Positions 35,803 through 45,179 of a DNA stretch of 64,000 nt are shown here, piece after piece (positions within the stretch are counted from its first letter, which is position 1; every line of letters begins with the position of its first letter). Source of the DNA: an uncultured Candidatus Saccharibacteria bacterium (GTDB lineage: Bacteria > Patescibacteriota > Minisyncoccia > Phycocordibacterales > Zambryskibacteraceae); NCBI GenBank assembly GCA_964355645.1, contig CAYHDI010000001.1, positions 28,778 to 92,777 on the forward strand, in the 5' to 3' direction. The position numbers and the translations under genes were made by a program. The notes under the pieces were generated by a model, which saw only the letters and a list, made by a program, of their open reading frames with translations, had not been told where the DNA came from and ran no database searches.

Positions 35803-36048
35803 TTATTCCTTGCAACAATCAACCAATCTGCTAATAATTTCTTCCATCGACCTTTTTTCGTCCGAACGCTTTGAGGACACAGAAACTCCAACTGCCCTTA
35901 ACCTTTTTATCGTTTCTTTTATACCAGACGACTTCACTGCGTTGAGAATAAGACGGCGCTGTTCGCATTTCTCACAATGAGGTATATGGAACGACTTGGC
36001 TATCTTGGCGATCATATCACCGAGTCTAATTTGTTGTTTGTTGTCCAT
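35803..36048 (-). CDS. small hypothetical protein with CxxC
   Basis: ORF; HCEKCEQ motif. Confidence 0.4.
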   Translation of the reverse strand: MDNKQQIRLGDMIAKIAKSFHIPHCEKCEQRRLILNAVKSSGIKETIKRLRAVGVSVSSKRSDEKRSMEEIISRLVDCCKE

Positions 36049-36060
36049 AATTTTGATTGA

Positions 36061-36654
36061 TTATTTTAATTCTCCAATTTTAGTGAAGAGTATGTCGTTC
36101 GCAATAGCCATGTTTGGATCATCAAGCACGTATCTCACTATCCCGTTCTTGTCTATGAGCACATAAGTATGACCGGGCAAAATTCCTTTGTGCATTGATG
36201 AAGCCGTGGTTAACATACCGAGTTGTCTGGAAGCATAGGTATTCACATCAAACAGAGTGGTTGATTTGGCCAGCTGGGGCATCTGCATGATGGCTCTTTG
36301 CCAATCACCGACAGAGTCTGCCACCACCGAGATGGCCTGAATTTCATCATTATTGAAGCGTGGATCGCCCCCGAATGCCGCAATCTGGTTCCAACAAGCC
36401 GGATAACACATCAGTCCTTCATTGAAGAAAAGGACCACTGTTTTCCCTTTGAAATCCGCCAGGGTGTATACTCTCCCATTTTTGTCCAACAATTTTATTT
36501 CTGGCATAGGTTTGCCCGCAAGATCGCTCGGAGTACTAGCCGAGGCTTGTGAACCTTGACCCTGCGGAGAATTTTTGGACAAGAAGTATCCAAGAAGCAA
36601 AACGATAATCGCAAATAGAGAAACAATAATGACGGTCGATTTATTGTTGTTCAT
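36061..36654 (-). CDS. thioredoxin-fold redoxin (TlpA/AhpC-TSA-like), membrane-anchored
   Basis: redoxin fold with CYPAC active-site region. Confidence 0.65.
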   Translation of the reverse strand: MNNNKSTVIIVSLFAIIVLLLGYFLSKNSPQGQGSQASASTPSDLAGKPMPEIKLLDKNGRVYTLADFKGKTVVLFFNEGLMCYPACWNQIAAFGGDPRFNNDEIQAISVVADSVGDWQRAIMQMPQLAKSTTLFDVNTYASRQLGMLTTASSMHKGILPGHTYVLIDKNGIVRYVLDDPNMAIANDILFTKIGELK

Positions 36655-37507
36655 TTTTTTGTTTTTTATACTGCTTAATAAACACCCGAGAAACCCAAAT
36701 CACAATCCCAATAAAGACAACAGCCCAAACATATTCAGGAATTAAAGTCACGAAACCATTAATGGCGCCCAGAAACTTTGCATTCCACAAATTCATTTCC
36801 AACTGATAGCTTGAATGAGTGAACAACTTATTGTTGAAAGCCAAATAAGTAATATAACCACCCATAAGCAGAAAGATTAGTCCAGAAATTAATTCGGAAA
36901 CAGTAATGCTCCAACTGAAACTACCGACTCTTAACCCAACAGTTTTCTTGATATTAGTAAATCTTTCGGTCAGATTAACTTTGTCCAAAAACACTGCGAT
37001 GATGAAGAGTGGCAAGGTCATTCCGATCACATAAGCCAGAGTATAGAGTGCCCCCCAAATCATTGTGCCACTGGCGACCGAGAGAGTGATCACTCCAGCC
37101 AAGACCGGTGCACAACAGGTAGTGGCGATGGCCGAGAATATTCCCAAAACATAGATTGAGGACACATGTCGTTTCATTCCATCACGAACAGAGGTTGGAG
37201 TAGCAAACTTTTTGCCGAAAAGCATCATTATTCCTAACCCAATCAAGAAGACCCCACCGACAGTGAAGATAATGTTGTGATATCGACCAAAAAGTTGGGC
37301 CAAGAATGAGGCCCCCAAACCGATTGGCAAGAAGACAGTTAACACTCCCAAGAAAAAAACAAAAGTCATGAAGAAAATTTTGTATTTTTCTTTGAAGATA
37401 TTACCGAGATAAGACGGAAGCAAGACAGTGATACAGCAAGGAGCGAAAAGTGCAGCGACCCCGGCCACGAATGCGGCTATCATTGATGTTCCTACAAGGA
37501 TTCCCAT
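36641..37507 (-). CDS. CcdA/DsbD-transmembrane-domain-like thiol-disulfide transporter
   Basis: multi-TM with paired Cys in TM1 (APCC) and TM4 (TCCAP). Confidence 0.6.
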   Translation of the reverse strand: MGILVGTSMIAAFVAGVAALFAPCCITVLLPSYLGNIFKEKYKIFFMTFVFFLGVLTVFLPIGLGASFLAQLFGRYHNIIFTVGGVFLIGLGIMMLFGKKFATPTSVRDGMKRHVSSIYVLGIFSAIATTCCAPVLAGVITLSVASGTMIWGALYTLAYVIGMTLPLFIIAVFLDKVNLTERFTNIKKTVGLRVGSFSWSITVSELISGLIFLLMGGYITYLAFNNKLFTHSSYQLEMNLWNAKFLGAINGFVTLIPEYVWAVVFIGIVIWVSRVFIKQYKKQKNEQQ

Positions 37508-37626
37508 AATAGTTATTAATTAATTTGTAATGTTGCAATTTGATTATTGATTTGTAAGATTAACCCAAACACAAAAAGTCCAAACAAGGACTTGGTATCG
37601 CTCAATAGACTCTAAGGATAGAGGTA

Positions 37627-38058
37627 TTAAGCGCTTAGATATTGAGATGGAGAATGCTCAAACAAAGAAAGCCAGCGGGTTATTTTTCTGATACTCTGAA
37701 AGGCTTGGAGGGAATCTTGGAAACGTTTTTTGATTAATCTATCGGGTAAATTTGGTTTGATGAAGAACTCAAAAAGCAAACTAATAGAAACAAGGAGCAA
37801 GGCCAGGATTGCCATCAGCCCGAAATTTGCGGTGATATTCAAAAACGATTGATAAGAAAAGATATGATGAACCGCCGAAGCGATGGTGTTCTGCAGACAA
37901 TTTATTGTTTCAACAAATGAAAATGGGCAATCACCGAGCATACTTCCATCCGATCGATGAGTCATCTCGAGGGCCCCAAAGAAGACCGATGCGAGAAAGG
38001 TGACGAGGATGAGTAGGGCTATAGTTTTTTTGGTAGTGAATGACATCGGTTTTTTCAT
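37627..38058 (-). CDS. membrane protein, hypothetical
   Basis: ORF with 2 TM. Confidence 0.4.
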   Translation of the reverse strand: MKKPMSFTTKKTIALLILVTFLASVFFGALEMTHRSDGSMLGDCPFSFVETINCLQNTIASAVHHIFSYQSFLNITANFGLMAILALLLVSISLLFEFFIKPNLPDRLIKKRFQDSLQAFQSIRKITRWLSLFEHSPSQYLSA

Positions 38059-38068
38059 TTTAACATTT

Positions 38069-40429
38069 TTAGCTTATTCTTTTTAACCGTAGCGAATTTA
38101 AGACAACACTAATGCTACTAAAGGCCATGGCGGCACCGGCAAAAATCGGATTGAGTAAAATCCCAAAAAACGGATAGAGAGCACCCGCCGCGATAGGAAT
38201 AAAGGCAACGTTGTAGAAGAAGGCCCAAAATAGATTTTGTTTGATGATTCTCATCGTTTGTCTGGAAATCTGAATCACCTCGGAAATAAGCATGAGATCT
38301 CCTCTCATAAGAGTGATGTTCGCTGACTCCATGGCGATATCCGTTCCTTCGCCCATTGCAATACCAATGTCTGCCTGAGTAAGGGCTGGAGCATCATTTA
38401 TCCCGTCCCCTATCATGGCCACAATTCTTCCCTGCTTTTGAAGTTCACGAACTTTTTCTGATTTTTTGTCCGGTAAAACTTCACTCATCACATTGTCTAT
38501 ACCAACTTCCTTCGCAATGGCTCTGGCCGTGCGGTCATTATCTCCCGTGAGCATCCAAACATCAATATTATTTTTTCTCAGGGCTTGCACTGCTTTAATC
38601 GACTCTTTTTTCAAAACATCAGCCACCGCAAGTGCCCCCTTAACCTCTCTATCAACCGCCAGGATCATGACAGTCTTGCCTTCATTTTCAAGTTTACTAA
38701 TACCCTCTTCATACACAGAAACATCAAGTCCAATATCAATCATCAAGGCCCTATTGCCCAAATAAGCTTCAACCTTTTTGTCTTGAATCTGAAGAAAACC
38801 TTTTAAACCTTTTCCTGAAATAGCTTTGAAGTCTTCGAGTTTATACAATTCAATCTTTTCTCTTTGGGCTTCCTCAATAATAGTTTGGTCAAGCGGATGA
38901 GATGACTTTTGATCCAGGCTCGCTGCGTATTGAAGGATGGCTTGGGCCAAAGGATGTTCAGATCGTTGTTCTAATGAAGCGGCCAGATGAAGAATTTCTT
39001 TCTGATGGCCACCGCCAAAAACAATAATGTCTGTTAGCTGGGGTTCACCTTGAGTTAGAGTCCCCGTCTTGTCTAAGATGACGGTGTTTATCTTGTTCGC
39101 AATTTCAAGAGAAGTAGCGTCCTTAATTAAAATTCCTCGAGTCGAAGCTGTGCCTGAAGAAACCATAATAGCCATGGGTGTGGCCAGCCCAAGAGCACAC
39201 GGGCAAGCGATGATTAGCACCGCCACGAAATTCACCAAAGCAAACGTGAAGGCAGGATTTGGCCCAAAGAAAAACCAAACGGCGAAAGTAAGACCGGCAA
39301 CCACAAACACAGCAGGAACAAAATAAGAAGAAACTATGTCAGCCAACCGTTGAATCGGGGCCTTAGAACCCTGGGCCTCTTCAACCATTTTAATAATTTG
39401 AGAAAGGACAGTATCCTTCCCAACTTTCGTGGCTTGGAAAGTAAACGCCCCAAATTTATTTATAGTGCTTCCAATCACAGCACTTCCAACTTTCTTGTGC
39501 ACCGGCATTGATTCTCCGGTTACCATTGATTCATCAATTTCTGAATCTCCTTCGACTATTTTCCCATCTACAGGTATTCTTTCTCCGGGTCGAACCACAA
39601 CTAAATCACCCACCTGAACTTCAGAAATGGAAATTTCAATTTCTTTATTATCTCGAATAATTTTCGCAGTTTTTGGTTGCAAACCAACAAGTTTTTTTAT
39701 CGCCTCCGAAGCCCGACCTTTCATCAAAACTTCGAAATATTTTCCAAGAAGAATAAGAACGATAATAATGGCTGAGGTATCGAAGTAGAGTGCCGGGGTC
39801 AAACCACCTCTGGTGAAAAAGACTGGGAAAATGGTAACCGCCGCGCTGTACAGATACGCAGCCAATGTTCCTATGGCAATCAAAGTATTCATATCGGCCG
39901 AGCGATATTTAATGAGAAGTTTAAGCCCGCTATAGAATTGGGACCCGATCCAAAACTGCACTGGTGTAGTCAGAGCGAAAAGCACCCAATGATTGTTTAA
40001 AATTTGTGGGACAAAGGTAAACCATTCTGGGAAACTGCCTAAAAATATAAGGATAGAAAGAATACCCCCAACAACCAATTTGAGTTTCATTTCCTTTATC
40101 TGACTTTCACGTTCCATTTTCATATGATCATGGTGTGGTGAACCCATACCCATATCATCCTCGCTCGTCTCTGGACTTTTTGGGTCTTCTCTGATTTGAT
40201 GAGCAATCGCATCTGTGTTTTTAGAAAAAAGATGATACCCAACATCTTCGACGGCCTTTGAAAGACCGGGCTCGGAAATAATATTTTCATCAAATTCAAT
40301 TAAGGCCGATTCTGAAGCAAAATTAACCGAAGCTGAATGCACTCCGAGTGTATTTTTGAGCGCGTGTTCAATCTTTGAGACGCAACTTGCGCAATGTATG
40401 CCTTCTATTCTGAACGTTTCTTTTTTCAT
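38069..40429 (-). CDS. copA: copper-translocating P1B-type ATPase
   Basis: N-terminal HMA GIHCASC, CPC, DKTGTLT, GDGINDAP. Confidence 0.92.
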   Translation of the reverse strand: MKKETFRIEGIHCASCVSKIEHALKNTLGVHSASVNFASESALIEFDENIISEPGLSKAVEDVGYHLFSKNTDAIAHQIREDPKSPETSEDDMGMGSPHHDHMKMERESQIKEMKLKLVVGGILSILIFLGSFPEWFTFVPQILNNHWVLFALTTPVQFWIGSQFYSGLKLLIKYRSADMNTLIAIGTLAAYLYSAAVTIFPVFFTRGGLTPALYFDTSAIIIVLILLGKYFEVLMKGRASEAIKKLVGLQPKTAKIIRDNKEIEISISEVQVGDLVVVRPGERIPVDGKIVEGDSEIDESMVTGESMPVHKKVGSAVIGSTINKFGAFTFQATKVGKDTVLSQIIKMVEEAQGSKAPIQRLADIVSSYFVPAVFVVAGLTFAVWFFFGPNPAFTFALVNFVAVLIIACPCALGLATPMAIMVSSGTASTRGILIKDATSLEIANKINTVILDKTGTLTQGEPQLTDIIVFGGGHQKEILHLAASLEQRSEHPLAQAILQYAASLDQKSSHPLDQTIIEEAQREKIELYKLEDFKAISGKGLKGFLQIQDKKVEAYLGNRALMIDIGLDVSVYEEGISKLENEGKTVMILAVDREVKGALAVADVLKKESIKAVQALRKNNIDVWMLTGDNDRTARAIAKEVGIDNVMSEVLPDKKSEKVRELQKQGRIVAMIGDGINDAPALTQADIGIAMGEGTDIAMESANITLMRGDLMLISEVIQISRQTMRIIKQNLFWAFFYNVAFIPIAAGALYPFFGILLNPIFAGAAMAFSSISVVLNSLRLKRIS

Positions 40430-40441
40430 ATTTTGGTTAAA

Positions 40442-40741
40442 TTATTTTCGCTTCAGCTGATAAACTTTTAAAATTTCGTTTACGACAACATTCTTCTTGC
40501 CCTTCTTCATCTGAGGAGCAACGCAAGTGGTCAAATGATTTTCCATAATAATATCTTCTATACTGGAGAGAGCCTGTTTCACCGCGCTTGTTTGAGTGAT
40601 GATGTCTATGCAGTAAACTCCCTTCTCAATCATTTCTTCCAAACCGCGAATCTGGCCCTCAACAATCTTGAGACGGCGAATTAATTTTTTGTTCTGTGTG
40701 TTCATGACTACCATACTATACCCCCCAAGGGTATTAGTCAA
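40442..40741 (-). CDS. csoR: CsoR/RcnR-family metal-sensing repressor
   Basis: W-x-Y-C-x-D...H-L..C pattern (VYCIDII...ENHLTTCV). Confidence 0.85.
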   Translation of the reverse strand: MTNTLGGYSMVVMNTQNKKLIRRLKIVEGQIRGLEEMIEKGVYCIDIITQTSAVKQALSSIEDIIMENHLTTCVAPQMKKGKKNVVVNEILKVYQLKRK

Positions 40742-40784
40742 GTCAGAAATCTGTTAAACTATTCTTGTCTAATTTCAACTCTTC

Positions 40785-41432
40785 ATGGCTAAACCAAAAC
40801 TTATTGTCTTTTCATCGGGGACCAAAACTGGCGGAGGGAGCGGTTTTGAAAATCTTGTAAGGAGCGCTGAGAGTGGGGTGCTTAAAGCAGAGATTGTGGC
40901 TGTTGTTTCTAATCATGAAGCCGGGGGTGTGAGAAAAAGGGCCAAACGACTCGGTGTGCCGTTCGTTTTGTTCCAAGGGCCCTTCGAGGCAAGCGAATAT
41001 CAGAAAATTATTAGAGAAACTGGGGCAGAATGGGTCGCTCTTTCAGGCTGGTTAAAGCTTGTAGTGGGACTTGATCCAGCGAGAACATTTAATATTCACC
41101 CGGGACCCCTACCTCGTTTTGGAGGCAAAGGGATGTATGGATACCATGTTCATGAAGCGGTGGTGGAAGCATCTCGGCGTAGTGAGATAACACATTCGGC
41201 CGTGACCATGCATTTCGTTACCTCCATTTATGATGAGGGTCCAATTATTTTCTCATTACCTGTGGAGATTTTGGCAGATGATACGGCTGAAACTCTCGGA
41301 GCCCGAGTTTTAGAAGCCGAACATGAGTGGCAACCGAAAATCACAAACATGATAGTGACTGGTGAAATATCCTGGGATAGCAAAGATAGACAGAGTTTGA
41401 AGGTACCTACTGACTACAAATTTCTGTTATAA
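40785..41432 (+). CDS. purN: phosphoribosylglycinamide formyltransferase-like (formyl transferase family)
   Basis: NIHPGPLPRFGG and SGW motifs. Confidence 0.8.
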   Translation: MAKPKLIVFSSGTKTGGGSGFENLVRSAESGVLKAEIVAVVSNHEAGGVRKRAKRLGVPFVLFQGPFEASEYQKIIRETGAEWVALSGWLKLVVGLDPARTFNIHPGPLPRFGGKGMYGYHVHEAVVEASRRSEITHSAVTMHFVTSIYDEGPIIFSLPVEILADDTAETLGARVLEAEHEWQPKITNMIVTGEISWDSKDRQSLKVPTDYKFLL

Positions 41433-41439
41433 TTTTCAT

Positions 41440-41910
41440 ATGGCTAAAGAGATCTTTAAAATCGAATGGGATGCTCATGTATACGAACACAAAGAGCGTT
41501 CTTCGGATTGGTTTTGGGCTGTGGGCATCGTGGTCGCTTCCCTCGTCATAGCCGCTATAGTTCTCGGGAATATTATTTTCGGTCTACTCATCATCGTGGG
41601 CTCCTTCGCTCTTTCTCTTTTTATTAATCGTCCGCCGGAGATTATTCATATGATTATTGATGAGAACGGGGTAACCCGTGCGAATATTCGCTATCCATAC
41701 AACACTCTGCATTCATTTTGGATTGACGAAATCCACCCACACAAAAAAATCATTCTCCGTTCGCAGAAAATGTTCATGCCTCTTATTATTGTTCCTTTAG
41801 GAAACGACACAGACCCAGAAAAATTGCAGGAGCTTCTGCTCAAAAAACTCCCGGAAGAATATTATTCCCTCCCTTTCGTCGAAAAGATTTTGGAATACTT
41901 GGGGTTTTAG
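41440..41910 (+). CDS. membrane protein, hypothetical
   Basis: ORF with 2 TM. Confidence 0.45.
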   Translation: MAKEIFKIEWDAHVYEHKERSSDWFWAVGIVVASLVIAAIVLGNIIFGLLIIVGSFALSLFINRPPEIIHMIIDENGVTRANIRYPYNTLHSFWIDEIHPHKKIILRSQKMFMPLIIVPLGNDTDPEKLQELLLKKLPEEYYSLPFVEKILEYLGF

Positions 41911-41938
41911 TTTCTCTGTGATAGTCTTTTCGCGTATA

Positions 41939-42010
41939 GCTCCCATCGTTCAATGGATAGGACATAACTTTGCGGAAGTTAAAATGTAGGTTCGATTCCT
42001 ACTGGGAGCA
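41939..42010 (+). tRNA. tRNA-Arg (anticodon GCG, G37)
   Basis: acceptor GCTCCCA/TGGGAGC; anticodon stem TAACT/AGTTA; loop TTGCGGA. Confidence 0.75.
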
Positions 42011-42056
42011 CAAAAGACAGAAACATCTCGCCTGCGCGAGATTTTCTGCTTTTGTG
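42011..42056 (+). terminator. intrinsic terminator: ATCTCGC-CTGC-GCGAGAT within longer IR, followed by TTTTCTGCTTTTGTG
   Basis: seen directly after tRNA-Arg. Confidence 0.65.
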
Positions 42057-42182
42057 CTGGACGGAGCGATGTTTCGAGAGCACGAGAAACCGCGAGTCAG
42101 GGTCGTGGAAATTTCCGAGCGACGGCAAGGAAATTATCTATGACCACAAGCTAACGATATAAAACCGTAGTATCATAAATAT

Positions 42183-42470
42183 ATGTTTGGATTCGGAAAC
42201 AAATACTCAAAAGAGAAGTTCGACGACCTAGAAGCAAGTCGCCTTAAAACCGAAGGGGCGATAAGAGATTCTGATGAAATCCTCACAGAAATCGCAGACT
42301 TATCATCCAGTTCAGAATTGAACAGAGCTTTGCATAGAAGCGACGAAGAGGACGAGAGACGTAGATTGGAAGAAAAAAGGAATGAGCTTGCTCGTATTAA
42401 AACTGAAGAAGAAAGATTGCTAAGATTGGCAGAAAAAGAGGCCTATGAGAAATTAGACCGAGCTGCCTAG
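42183..42470 (+). CDS. charged coiled-coil hypothetical protein
   Basis: ORF only. Confidence 0.4.
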   Translation: MFGFGNKYSKEKFDDLEASRLKTEGAIRDSDEILTEIADLSSSSELNRALHRSDEEDERRRLEEKRNELARIKTEEERLLRLAEKEAYEKLDRAA

Positions 42471-42490
42471 AGAAACTTTCTAGGTTTCTA

Positions 42491-42754
42491 CTATTGAATC
42501 TTTCTTATCATCCTCGAGAGACGGGATTTCTTGCGAGAAGCGGTGTTCTTGTCCAAAGTGTGACCTTTGACCGCTTTGTCTAAAGCTTTTTGGACTGAAC
42601 GCATCATCACCATCGCTTCTTTCTTGTTTTTGTCTGCGATTAATTTCTTCAAAGACTTTAAAGACTTTTGAACTTTAGATTTTCGAGCAATATTAAATTC
42701 TCGCTTTCGGAGCGAGCTTCTGAGAGCTTTCTTGGCACTGCGTGTTATAGGCAT
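42491..42754 (-). CDS. rpsT: 30S ribosomal protein S20
   Basis: MPITRSAKKALRSS N-terminus; ORF track extension upstream not used. Confidence 0.88.
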   Translation of the reverse strand: MPITRSAKKALRSSLRKREFNIARKSKVQKSLKSLKKLIADKNKKEAMVMMRSVQKALDKAVKGHTLDKNTASRKKSRLSRMIRKIQ

Positions 42755-42858
42755 GGGGCTTATAGTAGTCAGTAGACAGTAAATAGTCAAGTTTTTGTTA
42801 TCTATTTTTTGTTTTCTGTCTACTGTTTACTATTTACTATTTCCTGTATTATTTCTAT

Positions 42859-43440
42859 ATGATTGCCACTCTAAAGGGTCTGGTCACCCACAAGGATCTC
42901 CATATGCTCATAGTTGATGTGAAGGGTGTGGGCTACAAAGTTTTCGTCCCCACAGACACCGCTCTCGACGCCCTGCCGGGTCAAGAAATTTCACTTTGGA
43001 CCTATCTCTCCGTGAGAGAGAACGCTCTTGATTTGTTCGGATTTAAAGATAAAGAAAATTTGGATCTTTTCGAACTACTCATCGGAATTTCGGGTATTGG
43101 CCCGAAAACGGCCCTCGGAATACTGAATGTCGCTTCCCCATCGATGCTTAGACAAGCAGTAGCCGAAGAAGATACTTCGTATCTCACTCGAGTTTCTGGG
43201 ATTGGCAAGAAAAATGCAGACAAGATTGTTCTCGAACTTCGAGACAAACTAATCACCACTTCGGCAGACACGGGTCTAAACATGCGGGCAGAAGGTGATG
43301 CCTTGGAAGCCCTTGTTTCCCTCGGCTATACAGAACGTGATGCACGCGAAGCTTTGAAAAAAGTCCCAAATAATCCGCCAGCTGGCGGAGAAAACCCGAG
43401 CGAACGAGTGAAGCAAGCCCTAAAAATACTTTCCAGGTAA
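42859..43440 (+). CDS. ruvA: Holliday junction branch-migration protein RuvA; contains in-frame NPPAGG palindrome (43374-43389)
   Basis: N-terminal OB domain and two HhH motifs (GIGPKTA, GIGKKNA). Confidence 0.9.
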   Translation: MIATLKGLVTHKDLHMLIVDVKGVGYKVFVPTDTALDALPGQEISLWTYLSVRENALDLFGFKDKENLDLFELLIGISGIGPKTALGILNVASPSMLRQAVAEEDTSYLTRVSGIGKKNADKIVLELRDKLITTSADTGLNMRAEGDALEALVSLGYTERDAREALKKVPNNPPAGGENPSERVKQALKILSR

Positions 43441-43441
43441 A

Positions 43442-44722
43442 ATGCTCGACAACATTCTTCGTAGAATCAAGAAATTCATCCCGAAGGAGCTTTTCAATGC
43501 TCTCGCGCCAATTTATCATTTCGGGCTCGCTTTGGTTGGCGCACTTATCTATCGCTTCCCTTCGAAGCGAATCACGGTCATCGCGGTCACGGGCACGAAA
43601 GGCAAATCTTCAACGAGCGAAATGCTCTCTTCAATCTTTGAAGCTAACGGGAAGAAAACTGCGCTCCTCAACACCATCCGATTTAAAATTGGAGACAATT
43701 CAAAACCCAACACTCGCAAGATGACCGTGCCTGGACGATTCTTTGTCCAAAAATTTATTAGACAAGCAGTTGATGCACATTGCGATGTGGTCATCCTCGA
43801 ACTTTCAAGCGAAGCATCCAAGCAGTTTAGACACAAATTCATCGACCTCGATGCTCTCGTCTTCACCAACCTTTCGCCAGAGCATATCGAATCACACGGT
43901 TCGTTCGAGAAATACAAACAGGCCAAGCTTTCTATCGCCAAGGCTCTTTCGAGAAGTTCAAAGAAAAGAGTGATTGTGGTCGTGAATGGGGATGACAAGG
44001 AATACAAAGCTTTTTTGAACTATGGAGTTGATGAAGCTTATTCGTTCTCCATAAAAGATGCTGGGTTATACAAAAATGATTCGGATGGATTGAAGTTCGT
44101 CTTTCGCAATACCACCATTGCTTCACCTCTTGTAGGAATTTTCAATTTGTACAACATGCTCGGAGCAGCCACGCTCGCAAGCGCCTTCGGGGTTAAGGCC
44201 GAAAATATTAAGAAGGGATTAGAAGGTCTTTCTATCATTCGAGGACGGGTAGAGTTTATAAAATCAGAAAATCAGAAGCAGGATTTTGATGTGGTGGTGG
44301 ATTATGCGCACACTTCCGGTTCACTCGAAGCACTTTATAAAACCTTTGAAGGTAAGAAAAAAATTTGCGTACTTGGAAATACTGGAGGAGGGAGAGACAA
44401 ATGGAAACGGCCCGAGATGGCGAAAGTGGCTGATGAATATTGTGATGAAGTTATCTTGACTAACGAAGATCCTTACGACGAAGACCCGAAGAAAATTATC
44501 GAAGATATGCTTCCAGGATTTGCGAAAAGAAAAGTAACTATCATTATGAATCGCAGAGAAGCCATTCATGAGGCTATCAAACGCGCGAAGAGAGGCAATG
44601 CGGTTTTAATCACGGGCAAAGGCACTGACCCGTACATCATGGGTGCTGACGGAGAGAAAACTCCGTGGAGTGATGAAAAGGTTGCACGAGAGGAATTGGA
44701 GAAAATTTTGGAGGTTAAATAG
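43442..44722 (+). CDS. murE: Mur ligase family protein, MurE-like (lacks N-terminal domain)
   Basis: VTGTKGKSST P-loop; GGGRDKWKRPEM and DYAHTSGSL. Confidence 0.75.
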   Translation: MLDNILRRIKKFIPKELFNALAPIYHFGLALVGALIYRFPSKRITVIAVTGTKGKSSTSEMLSSIFEANGKKTALLNTIRFKIGDNSKPNTRKMTVPGRFFVQKFIRQAVDAHCDVVILELSSEASKQFRHKFIDLDALVFTNLSPEHIESHGSFEKYKQAKLSIAKALSRSSKKRVIVVVNGDDKEYKAFLNYGVDEAYSFSIKDAGLYKNDSDGLKFVFRNTTIASPLVGIFNLYNMLGAATLASAFGVKAENIKKGLEGLSIIRGRVEFIKSENQKQDFDVVVDYAHTSGSLEALYKTFEGKKKICVLGNTGGGRDKWKRPEMAKVADEYCDEVILTNEDPYDEDPKKIIEDMLPGFAKRKVTIIMNRREAIHEAIKRAKRGNAVLITGKGTDPYIMGADGEKTPWSDEKVAREELEKILEVK

Positions 44723-45059
44723 TTTTGCGCGCAATCATAGCAAACTGCATAAAATATGGTTCCAGGGCTAATAATGAAGTGTTGTACTCCTTTCCTCCCA
44801 AAACCGCATCGGCAAAAATTTCCCTTGAACGAACAATCTCATTCAAGCGAAGAGCCCATCTTTTGTCCTTGATGGTCAAATTAAACAAATCCAGAGCGCG
44901 AATCACTGCTCCCCAAAACAAATCCTGATCCTTGTTTTGCCATTTGGCAGAACGTCCAACTTCACTTCCAATATTCCCTAATTGCTCTGCTAGAGACATC
45001 GAGAACCATCGGCTTTCTGATACTGTTCTTTGCATTTTATTTAACCAAATTATTAACAA
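44715..45059 (-). CDS. hypothetical protein (114 aa)
   Basis: ORF only. Confidence 0.35.
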   Translation of the reverse strand: MLIIWLNKMQRTVSESRWFSMSLAEQLGNIGSEVGRSAKWQNKDQDLFWGAVIRALDLFNLTIKDKRWALRLNEIVRSREIFADAVLGGKEYNTSLLALEPYFMQFAMIARKTI

Positions 45060-45179
45060 TCATTCTTATTTTGTTTTGATTACATCACCGTATTGTTCGT
45101 GCGCCAAGGCTTTTAATTCATCGTGGGTTATCGTCGAATCTTTGATAATTTTCGTTTCCATTGGTCCGTGTATTATACC

